A stretch of 64,000 bases of DNA from a bacterium. GTDB lineage: Bacteria; UBP6; UBA1177; G963667425. The notes below the pieces were generated by a model. The model made no database searches and had not been told where the DNA came from. It saw only the letters and a program-made list of their open reading frames with translations. Positions 9,888-19,204 of the stretch are shown one piece after another. The position numbers were made by a program, and so were the translations under genes. Position 1 is the first letter of the stretch, and every line of letters starts with the position of its first letter. The DNA lies in the NCBI GenBank assembly GCA_963667425.1, contig OY763407.1, positions 1,281,960-1,345,959 of the forward strand, written 5' to 3'.

Positions 9888-10762
9888 TGTTTTTCTTTTC
9901 TGTATACTATATCGAAAAAGAAATGTCTCTTTCCATCATTTTCTGTCGATATTTTAAGTTTTAAAGGTTTATCTGAATCAAAACCTTCAAGTTCATAATC
10001 TTCAGTATGATATGCCACTGTTTTTATTGTAAGCTTTTTATCTTCCTGTTCTATTTCAGTTACAACAGGTGGACAGAGAGGACATTTTCCGCTTATAGCT
10101 ATCGCATGCCGGAAATAAATTTTATCATATTTCATGTTTTGAGCCGGAACTATTATTTCAAGATAAGAACCGCTGCCACCTATGGGATGGGCATTTATCA
10201 TTTCCATGTTTCCGTTATCAAAACTACCTTTTGAAACATATATATGATGCCATTCCTTTGGTCCTGTATTAAAAATCTGCATAAAAAATGATGCCTGTTT
10301 TTTAACATTATTGGAAAACATGAAAACGGTTAACTTTGCAATAGATGAAGAAATAAGAAATTCATCAAAAGGATAGTTATCTTGAAAACCATACAACTCA
10401 AAACCTTTTACAGATTTTAATTTTTCCATTTTATAGCGGTTTTCAGTTAATTCTTTAACTTTATCCGGCAGACCTGAGACTGTAAGAAAAAGAAAACTGT
10501 GCATATCAAGCTTATTTGTCTGCCTGAATTTTTCGTTATACGCAGTTAAATCAAGCGAGGGATATTTAAGAATAAATTTATCAAGCAGCTGATTATAAAC
10601 AACAACCTCCGTGTTAGAATTTTCTTTAAGTACAGTTAAAATCTCTTCCGGTATGGCAGGATAAAGATTTGCCCGTTTATAGCTGAAAAACGTAATGATT
10701 GACCAAACGGAAAGAATAAGAGAAAAAGCAATTATTACTCTTGAAATTACCCTGTATTTCAA
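9884..10762 (-). CDS. Membrane-anchored hypothetical protein (operonic with the GT-C glycosyltransferase)
   Basis: N-terminal TM anchor and no recognisable domain. Translationally coupled to the upstream gene. Confidence 0.5.
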   Translation of the reverse strand: MKYRVISRVIIAFSLILSVWSIITFFSYKRANLYPAIPEEILTVLKENSNTEVVVYNQLLDKFILKYPSLDLTAYNEKFRQTNKLDMHSFLFLTVSGLPDKVKELTENRYKMEKLKSVKGFELYGFQDNYPFDEFLISSSIAKLTVFMFSNNVKKQASFFMQIFNTGPKEWHHIYVSKGSFDNGNMEMINAHPIGGSGSYLEIIVPAQNMKYDKIYFRHAIAISGKCPLCPPVVTEIEQEDKKLTIKTVAYHTEDYELEGFDSDKPLKLKISTENDGKRHFFFDIVYRKEKQ

Positions 10763-10943
10763 ATATATGATGCCTTATAAAACAATACAAAAAATAAAAA
10801 ACTCAATGATATTGCCATCAAAGCACTTCAATGTCAAGTATAGGAAGATGTGAACTGATGTTCTTTCATAAATTTTCTGTTATTTGATTTTTAACATCTA
10901 TTGATATACTATCCTTAACCGATATTTTTTAACGGAGACTCTG

Positions 10944-11723
10944 ATGAAAAAAATTACTCTTCCTCAACTTCTAAAAATGAAAGGTGAAAGAAAAATTTCA
11001 ATGATTACATGCTATGACGCTTCTTTTGCAAAACTTATGGAAAAAAGTGAAATTGATTCAATACTTGTAGGTGATAGTCTCGGAATGGTTATAAAAGGTG
11101 AAAATTCAACCCTTGGAGTCGATATAGATGAAGTTACCTATCATGTAAAAGCTGTAAAAAAAGGGGCTCCGTCACCATTTTTAATAGCTGACATGCCTTT
11201 TGGTTCTTATCAGACATCGGAAAGTTCTGCTGTTAAAAATGCGGTAACACTTCTTAAAGCAGGTGCGGAAGCAGTAAAAGTTGAAGGTGGAGAAGAAACT
11301 GTAAACGTTATAAAAAGACTAACATCCATTGGAATTCCTGTCTGCGGACATGTTGGTCTGACACCTCAGTACATAAACAGTTTCGGAAACTACAAAAAAA
11401 GAGGCACAAAAAAAGACGAATACGAAAAAATATACGAAAGCGCAATTGCTGTTCAGGATGCCGGAGCATCTCTCATTGTCCTTGAAATGATACCTGAAGA
11501 CCTTGCAGAAAAAATAACATCAACTCTTACAATTCCAACTGTCGGGATTGGAGCAGGTTTAAACTGTGATGGTCAAGTCCTTGTAATTTATGATCTTTTA
11601 GGAATTGATGAAACTTTTAATCCATCTTTTCTAAAAAAATACTGTAATCTCGATAAAATTATAACAGATGCTGTAACCAGTTACATATCAGATGTAAAAA
11701 ACAGTGCATTTCCTGATAAATAG
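10944..11723 (+). CDS. panB: 3-methyl-2-oxobutanoate hydroxymethyltransferase (PanB)
   Basis: ITCYDASFAKL, ILVGDSLGMV, IADMPFGSY, AVKVEGG and CGHVGLTPQ match PanB. Confidence 0.9.
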   Translation: MKKITLPQLLKMKGERKISMITCYDASFAKLMEKSEIDSILVGDSLGMVIKGENSTLGVDIDEVTYHVKAVKKGAPSPFLIADMPFGSYQTSESSAVKNAVTLLKAGAEAVKVEGGEETVNVIKRLTSIGIPVCGHVGLTPQYINSFGNYKKRGTKKDEYEKIYESAIAVQDAGASLIVLEMIPEDLAEKITSTLTIPTVGIGAGLNCDGQVLVIYDLLGIDETFNPSFLKKYCNLDKIITDAVTSYISDVKNSAFPDK

Positions 11724-11731
11724 GAGATTTC

Positions 11732-12331
11732 ATGAATAAAATATACAACAATGTTACATTAGGTAACAACGTTATAATTGAGGAATTCTGTGTTATCGGT
11801 AAACCGCCTAAAGGATTGGAAGATGGAGAACTTGAAACCATTATTGGAGAAAATTCAACAATAAGAAGCGGGACTGTAATTTATGCTGGAAACAAAATTG
11901 GAAATAACTTTCAGACAGGTCATAACTGCGTAATAAGAGAGGAAAATCAGATTGGTGACAACGTAAGCATAGGAACACTCAGTTGTATTGAGCATCATAT
12001 TATAATTGAAAATGGTGCAAGAATTCATTCACAGGTTTTTATCCCTGAATTTTCACATCTTGAAGAAAACTCATGGATAGGTCCAAATGTTGTTATAACA
12101 AATGCAAGATATCCGAAAAGCAGAAATGTTAAAGAAAACCTCAAAGGTGCCAAAATAGAAAAAAACGCCAAAATTGGTGCTAACAGTACACTTTTACCAG
12201 GAATAACAATTAAAGAAAGTGCACTTGTCGGCGCAGGCAGTGTTGTAACCAAAGATGTTCCAGAAAACACAATTGTTGCAGGAAATCCGGCTAAAAAAAT
12301 AAGACTGATTGAAGAAACAAAAGAATATTAG
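11732..12331 (+). CDS. Hexapeptide-repeat (left-handed beta-helix) acyl/acetyltransferase
   Basis: Repeated [LIV]G.N..I hexads throughout. Starts 9 bp after panB. Confidence 0.7.
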   Translation: MNKIYNNVTLGNNVIIEEFCVIGKPPKGLEDGELETIIGENSTIRSGTVIYAGNKIGNNFQTGHNCVIREENQIGDNVSIGTLSCIEHHIIIENGARIHSQVFIPEFSHLEENSWIGPNVVITNARYPKSRNVKENLKGAKIEKNAKIGANSTLLPGITIKESALVGAGSVVTKDVPENTIVAGNPAKKIRLIEETKEY

Positions 12332-12335
12332 CTCT

Positions 12336-12878
12336 CTATTTTTCTATTTTATTAACACTACTTTTATTAAGTTCATTTATCTGCTTTAATGCTGCATCAA
12401 AATCTTCTGATTTACTTACAATTTGCATTTTTGAATCAATAATAAATATCTGTGGAACAGTAACAGTCATAGAATCCTTTTCTTTTTGTGCTACTTTAAA
12501 CAGTTTTGCAACATAAAAACTTAAATCATAAAGAATTGTAAATGTAAAATTTCCATTTTTGAGAAAAGTCTTCACTAAAGGCTTTTCCTCTTTTGCATTT
12601 TGTTTCTCTGAAGGTACAGTCACAAGAATAAATTCTATTTTCTTTTCTTTAAGCTCACTATATTTTTTCTGCCATTCAGGAAGAGCTTTTTTACATGGTT
12701 CGCAATATATATTGAAAAAATCAATAACTATGTAATCAGATTTAGTTTTTTCAATAAAATTTCTAAGCTGAAAAAAATTTCCTTCAAAATCATAACTTAT
12801 AAAGTTATAATCTTTCCTTTCCGCAAAAAGCACAGAAGAAAAGAGCAATATCAGCATCAGAACAATTACCTTTTTCAT
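12336..12878 (-). CDS. TlpA/ResA-like thiol-disulfide oxidoreductase (thioredoxin fold), secreted
   Basis: Signal peptide present. The FNIYCEPCKKALPEW motif (CxxC) sits in a thioredoxin-like context. Confidence 0.7.
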   Translation of the reverse strand: MKKVIVLMLILLFSSVLFAERKDYNFISYDFEGNFFQLRNFIEKTKSDYIVIDFFNIYCEPCKKALPEWQKKYSELKEKKIEFILVTVPSEKQNAKEEKPLVKTFLKNGNFTFTILYDLSFYVAKLFKVAQKEKDSMTVTVPQIFIIDSKMQIVSKSEDFDAALKQINELNKSSVNKIEK

Positions 12879-14683
12879 TTCAGCGCACCACCATTATTAT
12901 AAACCTGACAAGCTTTTTCATATCCCATTTCACATGCTTTTTTATAATATTTTAACGCTTCTTCTTTCTTTTTATTATTTTCATAAACTGCACCGGCATA
13001 TGCACAGCCGCCGTAATATCCTGCATCACATGATTTTATAAAAAATTCAAGTGCCTTTGAATAATCTATCTTTGCACTGCATTTGCCACTGTTATAAATG
13101 GTTCCGGCTTTAAAACAACCCTCATAATTGCCAAGCTCACATGCCTTTTGTGCATAATTTAAAGGAAGCTCGAATCCTTTTAGACAGTTATTTAAAAGAA
13201 TGGAAGATAAATTATAACAGGCAATAGCTGTTTCGCCGATACATGACATTTCGTAGTAAGTCTCATATTCATTAAGCGATTTACCATTTTTTTCACTGCC
13301 ATATGCATAAAAATAACATGCTTTTGCATTTTTATTTTCACATGCTATTTTTAATTCATCAAGCCAATTCTTATCATAAACAAACATTACTATGTCTTTT
13401 TTTCTATCAGGAGACAAATTTGACTGATTTAAAAGTGTTTCAAAAACAGAAGCACCATAAGAAAGTCCATATTTTTGTATAAAAGCTCTTATTACAGCAA
13501 TATTTCTTTTTACACTTTCATCATTCATGTTTAAAAGATTGTTTATTTTACTTGAGTCAACAGCAAAATCGGATCTAAGCTTACTTTTCTCCGTGACATA
13601 ATTTTCAAGTACATTAATTCTCTCTTTTGCATAAGTTATTCTTGTATCATTTATATTTATTCCATAATTTACAAAAGCTTCCCATAGAGCAATCACTTTT
13701 TCAGGAAAAAGAAGTGCGTCATTATCTGCTTTTGCAGCATCTTCATAAAGTTTCTCAAACTGGTAATCATATATATTAAGATTTGAATAATCTCCACCTG
13801 AAACAGCTGTATTTATTGCTGCATCATATTCCATTTTCTGTGATAATTTTGTAAAGACTTCACTCATAAATCTTCTTTCCAAAGAACTGCTATCATTTGT
13901 TGAAACAGAAATAAATCCGCTATTCCACAATTTAGGCTGCACAGCAAAGATTGTGTTATAAAACTCAAGAGAAACATCACCTTCCATTATAAAATTATTT
14001 TCAACAGATTCTTTTTTTGATATATTTGGAGAAATCACAGCTATATATGCAGTATCCGTTTTTGCAAAAAGATTTTTCTTTTCATCATTTCCATTTATAA
14101 ATTCTATTACAGGTTCATAGTTCCAACTATTTTTCTGAGCAATACTTTTAAAAATCTTCTCCAGCTCCGCATTACGAGAAGAACTTTCGACTACCATTTT
14201 AACTTTTGCCATAGCAAGCCGTTCAAGAACTGTATACTGTGAATCAGTTATCTCAAGTCTTGAATATATTTTATAAACGATATCTCCTTCAATATTCCAT
14301 TTTTCACGATAATATTCTATTCCATAAGAATGGATCAAAAGTTCTGTACCAGTCTGAATAGAAGCGTTTATTGTAACTTCACCTTCTTTCTCATAATAAT
14401 CCTTCTGCATCGCCTTAACCTCAGTTCCAAGATGAAAACTGACCTGCTGCTGAGCATTTTTATAAGAGGCTGTGCTTGTTTCATTTTCCACCCGTCCCTC
14501 TGCAAAACCGAAAAACCAGTGAGCACCAGTTACTTTAAGATGCGTTTTACCTTCATACTTCATCCAGTCCGGTTTTGTTCCTGAAACGTCCAGAATAAAA
14601 CTTTTTCCTGATACAGATATTGAGATAAAAAGAGTTATAAATATAATCGGCAACAAAAAGAATCTGGTCACTGGAACCTCCAT
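12875..14683 (-). CDS. Secreted protein with C-terminal Cys-rich Sel1-like repeats (HcpA-like)
   Basis: N-terminal signal/anchor. The C-terminal ~170 aa carry repeated paired-Cys Sel1-like units (ACENKNAKACYFYAYG..., KACELGNYEGCFKAGTIY, KSCDAGYYGGCAYAGAVY, KACEMGYEKACQVYN). The stop overlaps the TlpA-like gene by 4 bp. Confidence 0.65.
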   Translation of the reverse strand: MEVPVTRFFLLPIIFITLFISISVSGKSFILDVSGTKPDWMKYEGKTHLKVTGAHWFFGFAEGRVENETSTASYKNAQQQVSFHLGTEVKAMQKDYYEKEGEVTINASIQTGTELLIHSYGIEYYREKWNIEGDIVYKIYSRLEITDSQYTVLERLAMAKVKMVVESSSRNAELEKIFKSIAQKNSWNYEPVIEFINGNDEKKNLFAKTDTAYIAVISPNISKKESVENNFIMEGDVSLEFYNTIFAVQPKLWNSGFISVSTNDSSSLERRFMSEVFTKLSQKMEYDAAINTAVSGGDYSNLNIYDYQFEKLYEDAAKADNDALLFPEKVIALWEAFVNYGININDTRITYAKERINVLENYVTEKSKLRSDFAVDSSKINNLLNMNDESVKRNIAVIRAFIQKYGLSYGASVFETLLNQSNLSPDRKKDIVMFVYDKNWLDELKIACENKNAKACYFYAYGSEKNGKSLNEYETYYEMSCIGETAIACYNLSSILLNNCLKGFELPLNYAQKACELGNYEGCFKAGTIYNSGKCSAKIDYSKALEFFIKSCDAGYYGGCAYAGAVYENNKKKEEALKYYKKACEMGYEKACQVYNNGGALK

Positions 14684-14838
14684 TTAAAAATATTTTTGGT
14701 GATTATAGCACAATTTAAATATCTTTCAAAAAATTAATCATTACCATTCAAATCATCTCATCATAATATCAACTTATTTGACATTATTGTAAATTAAAGA
14801 TAAAAAATAGGGTTTTAATTTTAGGTAATGAGGTTTTT

Positions 14839-16020
14839 ATGCTTTACGTCCTCCGTTCAATGCTTGGGCTTTTTGTATTTATAGGTCTTGCGTGGCTTTT
14901 ATCTGAAAACAAGAAAAAAGTTCCATGGAAGACTGTGGGAATAGGTTTTGCCATGCAGCTTATTTTTGCTGTTCTTGTTCTTAAAACCAGACCGGGAGTA
15001 ATTCTTTTTGAGTTCTTAAATAGTGCTTTCACAAAACTTATAGATTTTGTAAATGAAGGTTCCAAATTTGTATTTGGCGGACTTATGGAAAAATGGAGTT
15101 TTGCTCTTTCAATTCTTCCGACAATAATATTTTTCTCTTCACTTTTCGCAGTTCTTTATTATTTGAGAATACTTCAGTTTATTGTAAAGATTTTTGCAGT
15201 TGCACTTAGAAAACTTATGAAGGTTTCAGGTGCAGAAGCACTTTCTGCAGCAGCAAATATTTTTATGGGACAAACAGAAGCGCCTCTTATGGTAAAACCT
15301 TATGTTGAAAGAATGACACGAAGCGAACTTATGTGCCTTATGACTGGAGGAATGTCAACAGTTGCAGGAGGCGTTCTTGCGGCTTATGTAAATATGGGCA
15401 TCAGTGCAGGTCACCTTATTGCGGCTTCAGTCATGAGTGCGCCTGCTGCAATTGTTTTTGCTAAAATAATAGTACCGGAAACACTGGTTCCTGAAACATC
15501 TGATCTTAAAGGTATAGAAATAGAAATCACAGATAGAAACGTTCTTGATGCAGCAGCAAGAGGTGCTTCTGAAGGTGTTTATCTTGCAATTAATGTTGGT
15601 GCAATGCTTATAGCTTTTGTTGCATTTGTTGCTCTTTTGAATTTCTTTTTCGGTTTAACCGGAACTTCAATGGAGGCTGTTTTAGGATTTATTTTAAGAC
15701 CAGTTTCATGGCTAATGGGAATTCCTTGGAGCGAAGCTGCATCAATTGGTACACTTCTTGGTGAAAAAACTATTATAAATGAATTTATTGCATATGATCA
15801 TCTTTCCAAAATGACTGAACTTTCAGATCGTTCAAGAATTATAGCAACATATGCCATTTGCGGATTTGCAAATTTAAGCAGCATTGCTATTCAGCTTGGA
15901 GGAATTGGTGCAATGGCTCCTTCAAGAAGAGGTGAACTTGCATCACTTGGAATAAAATCTCTTATAGCCGGCACTTTTGCATCATTCATGACCGCCAACA
16001 TAGCAGGTATGCTTGTTTAA
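14839..16020 (+). CDS. nupC: Concentrative nucleoside transporter (NupC family)
   Basis: The N-terminus LGLFVFIGLAWLLSENKKKVPWKTVGIGFAMQLIFAVLVLKT is closely NupC-like. The protein has multiple TM segments and a CNT-type C-terminal domain. Confidence 0.8.
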   Translation: MLYVLRSMLGLFVFIGLAWLLSENKKKVPWKTVGIGFAMQLIFAVLVLKTRPGVILFEFLNSAFTKLIDFVNEGSKFVFGGLMEKWSFALSILPTIIFFSSLFAVLYYLRILQFIVKIFAVALRKLMKVSGAEALSAAANIFMGQTEAPLMVKPYVERMTRSELMCLMTGGMSTVAGGVLAAYVNMGISAGHLIAASVMSAPAAIVFAKIIVPETLVPETSDLKGIEIEITDRNVLDAAARGASEGVYLAINVGAMLIAFVAFVALLNFFFGLTGTSMEAVLGFILRPVSWLMGIPWSEAASIGTLLGEKTIINEFIAYDHLSKMTELSDRSRIIATYAICGFANLSSIAIQLGGIGAMAPSRRGELASLGIKSLIAGTFASFMTANIAGMLV

Positions 16021-17885
16021 ACGCCTGCATCTCTACATTTTCTAGCTTCAAGTCCAAGTGATATAAAATCACCCATAGATATTGCAAAATTCTTCTCATC
16101 TTCAAACCATATTCTTGTAGAATCACAATCCTGAACAGAAAGTATCCCTACAACTTTGCCTGATACCCTTACACCAATAAGCATTGCCGATTTGATTCCT
16201 TCTTTTTTTATCTCCTTAAGAAGCGATTCTTCTGTCATCTGATTTGAGAAAAGCGGGACATCTTCAACGCAAAAAACCTTAACATCTTCTATGTATGAAT
16301 AGAGAAAATCATCAAATATTATCCCCTTATTTTCATTAATCATATGTATTTTTTCTTCTTTGATATATTTATCAACATTTGAAATAAGCCTTGTAGTGTG
16401 ATTAATAAACCAGAAACCTACACTTGTTATATCAAGCCCTTCAGCGACAGCCTGCGTTACTTTCATTATTAAAGTCTCAACTTTACTGTTTTCAAGAATT
16501 TCATTAACAGAAACCATACCAAGCATCGCATTTTCTCTGGCAAGTCTCTTGTTTGCAGCAAGACACAGAAGTCTGTCATTTACTGCATCGGTTATATTGA
16601 TAGCCATCCCTGAAAGAGCTGTAACTTTTCCTGTGTTGTCTGTGACTGGTGCTGCTGAAAAATCAAGCCATTTAATATCCGAATCTGCTTCAATCATTCT
16701 GATTTTCATATTAAAAGCTTTGTTTTCATTAACAGATGAAGCAAAAAGATTTCTCAGGTCATATCTATCTTCAAGATGAACTTTGGACATAAAGAAATTT
16801 AAATCCATAACAAGATTACTGGACAAGGATATTATTTTCCCAAATTTTAAACTAAATTTTATAAAAGAAGTCTCCACATCATACTCCCAGAAAGCAGAAT
16901 CGATTGATTCAGATGCTTTTTCAAGCATTTTATTTCTTTTATGTATAGAATTTTCATCCCTGAGTCGATTCACAATATCAGGGACAAATCCGCTAAACTC
17001 TTCCTGAAAAATATGCTGATTTCCTGAAATACATATCATTCCTGCAAACCCTGTTTTTTCATCTGTAACTGGAATTTTAAACGTCTCACTGTAATATTTT
17101 GTTTCATCTGTAACTTCTATTACAGAACGCCTGTAATGAGAATTGCCATTTCTCATAATACCTTCATCTTCAGATGAAAAATTTAAAAAAACATCATTAT
17201 ATAAAAGATCTTCCGATCTTAAAACATCAAAAAGTCTTAATGTAAAATCGTTAGCAAAAACTTTACTGGCTCCTTTTTCTTTTAAGTAAATTATTCCGTC
17301 AGAATTTTTCATAAGTGATTTTATAAAAAGATGCAACGGATCTTCTGAAAATTTTTCTTTTTCATTTTCAAGATCTTTTATTTTATTAAGAAAAATAGTA
17401 ACATCACAAAGTATTGCAAGCTCACTGTTTACATCATCTGCTGCATTAAAAGGAATTCTAACTATTTCAAAACTTTTTTTATCATTCTCACCAAAAACTA
17501 AAAATTTATCAGGTGTGTTGATTTGAAGATCATTAAAAAGGATATTTTTCAATTCATCCTGAGATTTACCCGTAAGTTTTGAAGCTGCTGAGTTTGAAAA
17601 CATAATATGTCGGCTACTGTTATACAGAAAAAGAGGAACAGGAATTGAATCCAGTATATTTTTTAGATAATCAAAATCCTTTTTTAAAAAATCAATTTTA
17701 TTTCTAAATAGCCATAATTTATTATTTTTAATAATAATTTCAGTAACAACAAGAATTGCAGACATCACAATAAAAAGGAACTTCCATTCAAATAAATCTT
17801 CTATTGACAAGAGAAGAAATGAGACAAGTAAAAGAAAAACTGATATAAGAATAAAATAGTCTGACAGATACTTTTTGTCTTCCAT
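16017..17885 (-). CDS. Membrane-anchored PAS/GAF sensor protein with no recognisable output domain
   Basis: N-terminal TM segments. PAS-like segments are present (PVPLFLYNSSRHIMFSNSAASKLTGKSQDEL). The C-terminal GAF-like region includes GKVVGILSVQD. Confidence 0.5.
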   Translation of the reverse strand: MEDKKYLSDYFILISVFLLLVSFLLLSIEDLFEWKFLFIVMSAILVVTEIIIKNNKLWLFRNKIDFLKKDFDYLKNILDSIPVPLFLYNSSRHIMFSNSAASKLTGKSQDELKNILFNDLQINTPDKFLVFGENDKKSFEIVRIPFNAADDVNSELAILCDVTIFLNKIKDLENEKEKFSEDPLHLFIKSLMKNSDGIIYLKEKGASKVFANDFTLRLFDVLRSEDLLYNDVFLNFSSEDEGIMRNGNSHYRRSVIEVTDETKYYSETFKIPVTDEKTGFAGMICISGNQHIFQEEFSGFVPDIVNRLRDENSIHKRNKMLEKASESIDSAFWEYDVETSFIKFSLKFGKIISLSSNLVMDLNFFMSKVHLEDRYDLRNLFASSVNENKAFNMKIRMIEADSDIKWLDFSAAPVTDNTGKVTALSGMAINITDAVNDRLLCLAANKRLARENAMLGMVSVNEILENSKVETLIMKVTQAVAEGLDITSVGFWFINHTTRLISNVDKYIKEEKIHMINENKGIIFDDFLYSYIEDVKVFCVEDVPLFSNQMTEESLLKEIKKEGIKSAMLIGVRVSGKVVGILSVQDCDSTRIWFEDEKNFAISMGDFISLGLEARKCRDAGV

Positions 17886-18023
17886 GATAATTCCCCTTTA
17901 TCATACTAAAAATAATTAAACAATTATAACCAATTTTTATCACAGGTAAAATAATTTTTTAATTTAAACATCAAGCTGAGTAGAAAAGTTATATTACAAA
18001 GTTTTTCTCAGAAAGTCAGTTAA

Positions 18024-19130
18024 TTACCTTGAATTTAGAGTTCTTTCAAAGATTTCCTGGTAAAAAACAGACATATTCGACCAGTCAAATTTAACAGCAT
18101 TATTTTTTATATTATCAGAAAAACTTTGAGGGCAATCATTTGAAAGCACATATGATAGCTTATCTATAAGTTTAGATTTATTTGTATAAAAAAGATCCTC
18201 AAAATGAGATTGAGGAAAAATTTCAGGATATGTAAGTTTTTTAGGCAGAAAAGGAATTACGCCACAGGCAGCCGCCTCTAAAACACTTATACCAAAAAAT
18301 TCCTGATTGGAAGTGACAGGTAAAAAAGATGCTCTGTTGAGCCATTCAATATATTCTTCTCTTTTTTCACAATAGCCGAATTTAACTATATGTCTGGCAA
18401 GTTTTATTTGCGAATTTCCAAATATTTCCGGTGAAAAACGATATGATTCACCAAGAACAGCAAGATTAAAATCAACCCCTTTTTCTGAAAGCTCTGTAAG
18501 AATAGAAAAAAACAGTTCAGGATTTTTATCGTATTCCCATCTGTGGTTCCAAAGTATAAGTTTTTTATCTTTCTTAATATTATTTTTAGCCATACTGAGA
18601 AGATCAAGGCCCAGATAGAGGACTTCCACTTTTTTTAAAGATTTTCTGAAAATATCTATAATCTTGCAATCAGGCATTTGCACAAGCAGTTTTTCAGCTT
18701 CAGCAATAAATGAATCTTTATGATAAATGGAATTAAAACATACAACATCTGCAGAAAGAAACGATGAAATATTTGTCCATCCGTAACTTTTATCAAAGCC
18801 TGATAATTTTTCCCTGTCACTTAAAGACCATGGATAAGAAAGCTGATTCTCGTGAAAATATAGTAAAACAGGAGCATTAATTTTTTTTCTTACAAGAGAA
18901 ATAAAAAGAGAAAGATCAAGCATATCCGTAACAATTATAAGATCCGGTACATAATTGCTCTCCATAATCATATTAGCAAGCGTTACAGCTCCGCCATTCA
19001 TTCTCCACTTCCAGTTAAATCCTGGCAGCGAGAATATTCTTATATCATACGGCAGATTATGTTTAAGCCCTTCTGCCCATAATTTATGGGAACCAGTCAT
19101 AAAAGGTTCTATTAAAGCTATTTTTAGCAT
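18024..19130 (-). CDS. Glycosyltransferase family 1 (GT4) with DUF3524-like N-terminal domain
   Basis: MLKIALIEPFMTGSHKLWAEGL N-terminal region and a C-terminal GT1 fold (E..GISVLEA). Confidence 0.55.
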   Translation of the reverse strand: MLKIALIEPFMTGSHKLWAEGLKHNLPYDIRIFSLPGFNWKWRMNGGAVTLANMIMESNYVPDLIIVTDMLDLSLFISLVRKKINAPVLLYFHENQLSYPWSLSDREKLSGFDKSYGWTNISSFLSADVVCFNSIYHKDSFIAEAEKLLVQMPDCKIIDIFRKSLKKVEVLYLGLDLLSMAKNNIKKDKKLILWNHRWEYDKNPELFFSILTELSEKGVDFNLAVLGESYRFSPEIFGNSQIKLARHIVKFGYCEKREEYIEWLNRASFLPVTSNQEFFGISVLEAAACGVIPFLPKKLTYPEIFPQSHFEDLFYTNKSKLIDKLSYVLSNDCPQSFSDNIKNNAVKFDWSNMSVFYQEIFERTLNSR

Positions 19131-19204
19131 GGTTCTTCTTTTAAATTTCTATATGGAAGTATAAATTGAGACAAGCAGGATATCAAGAAAGATTTTATGT
19201 TTTA

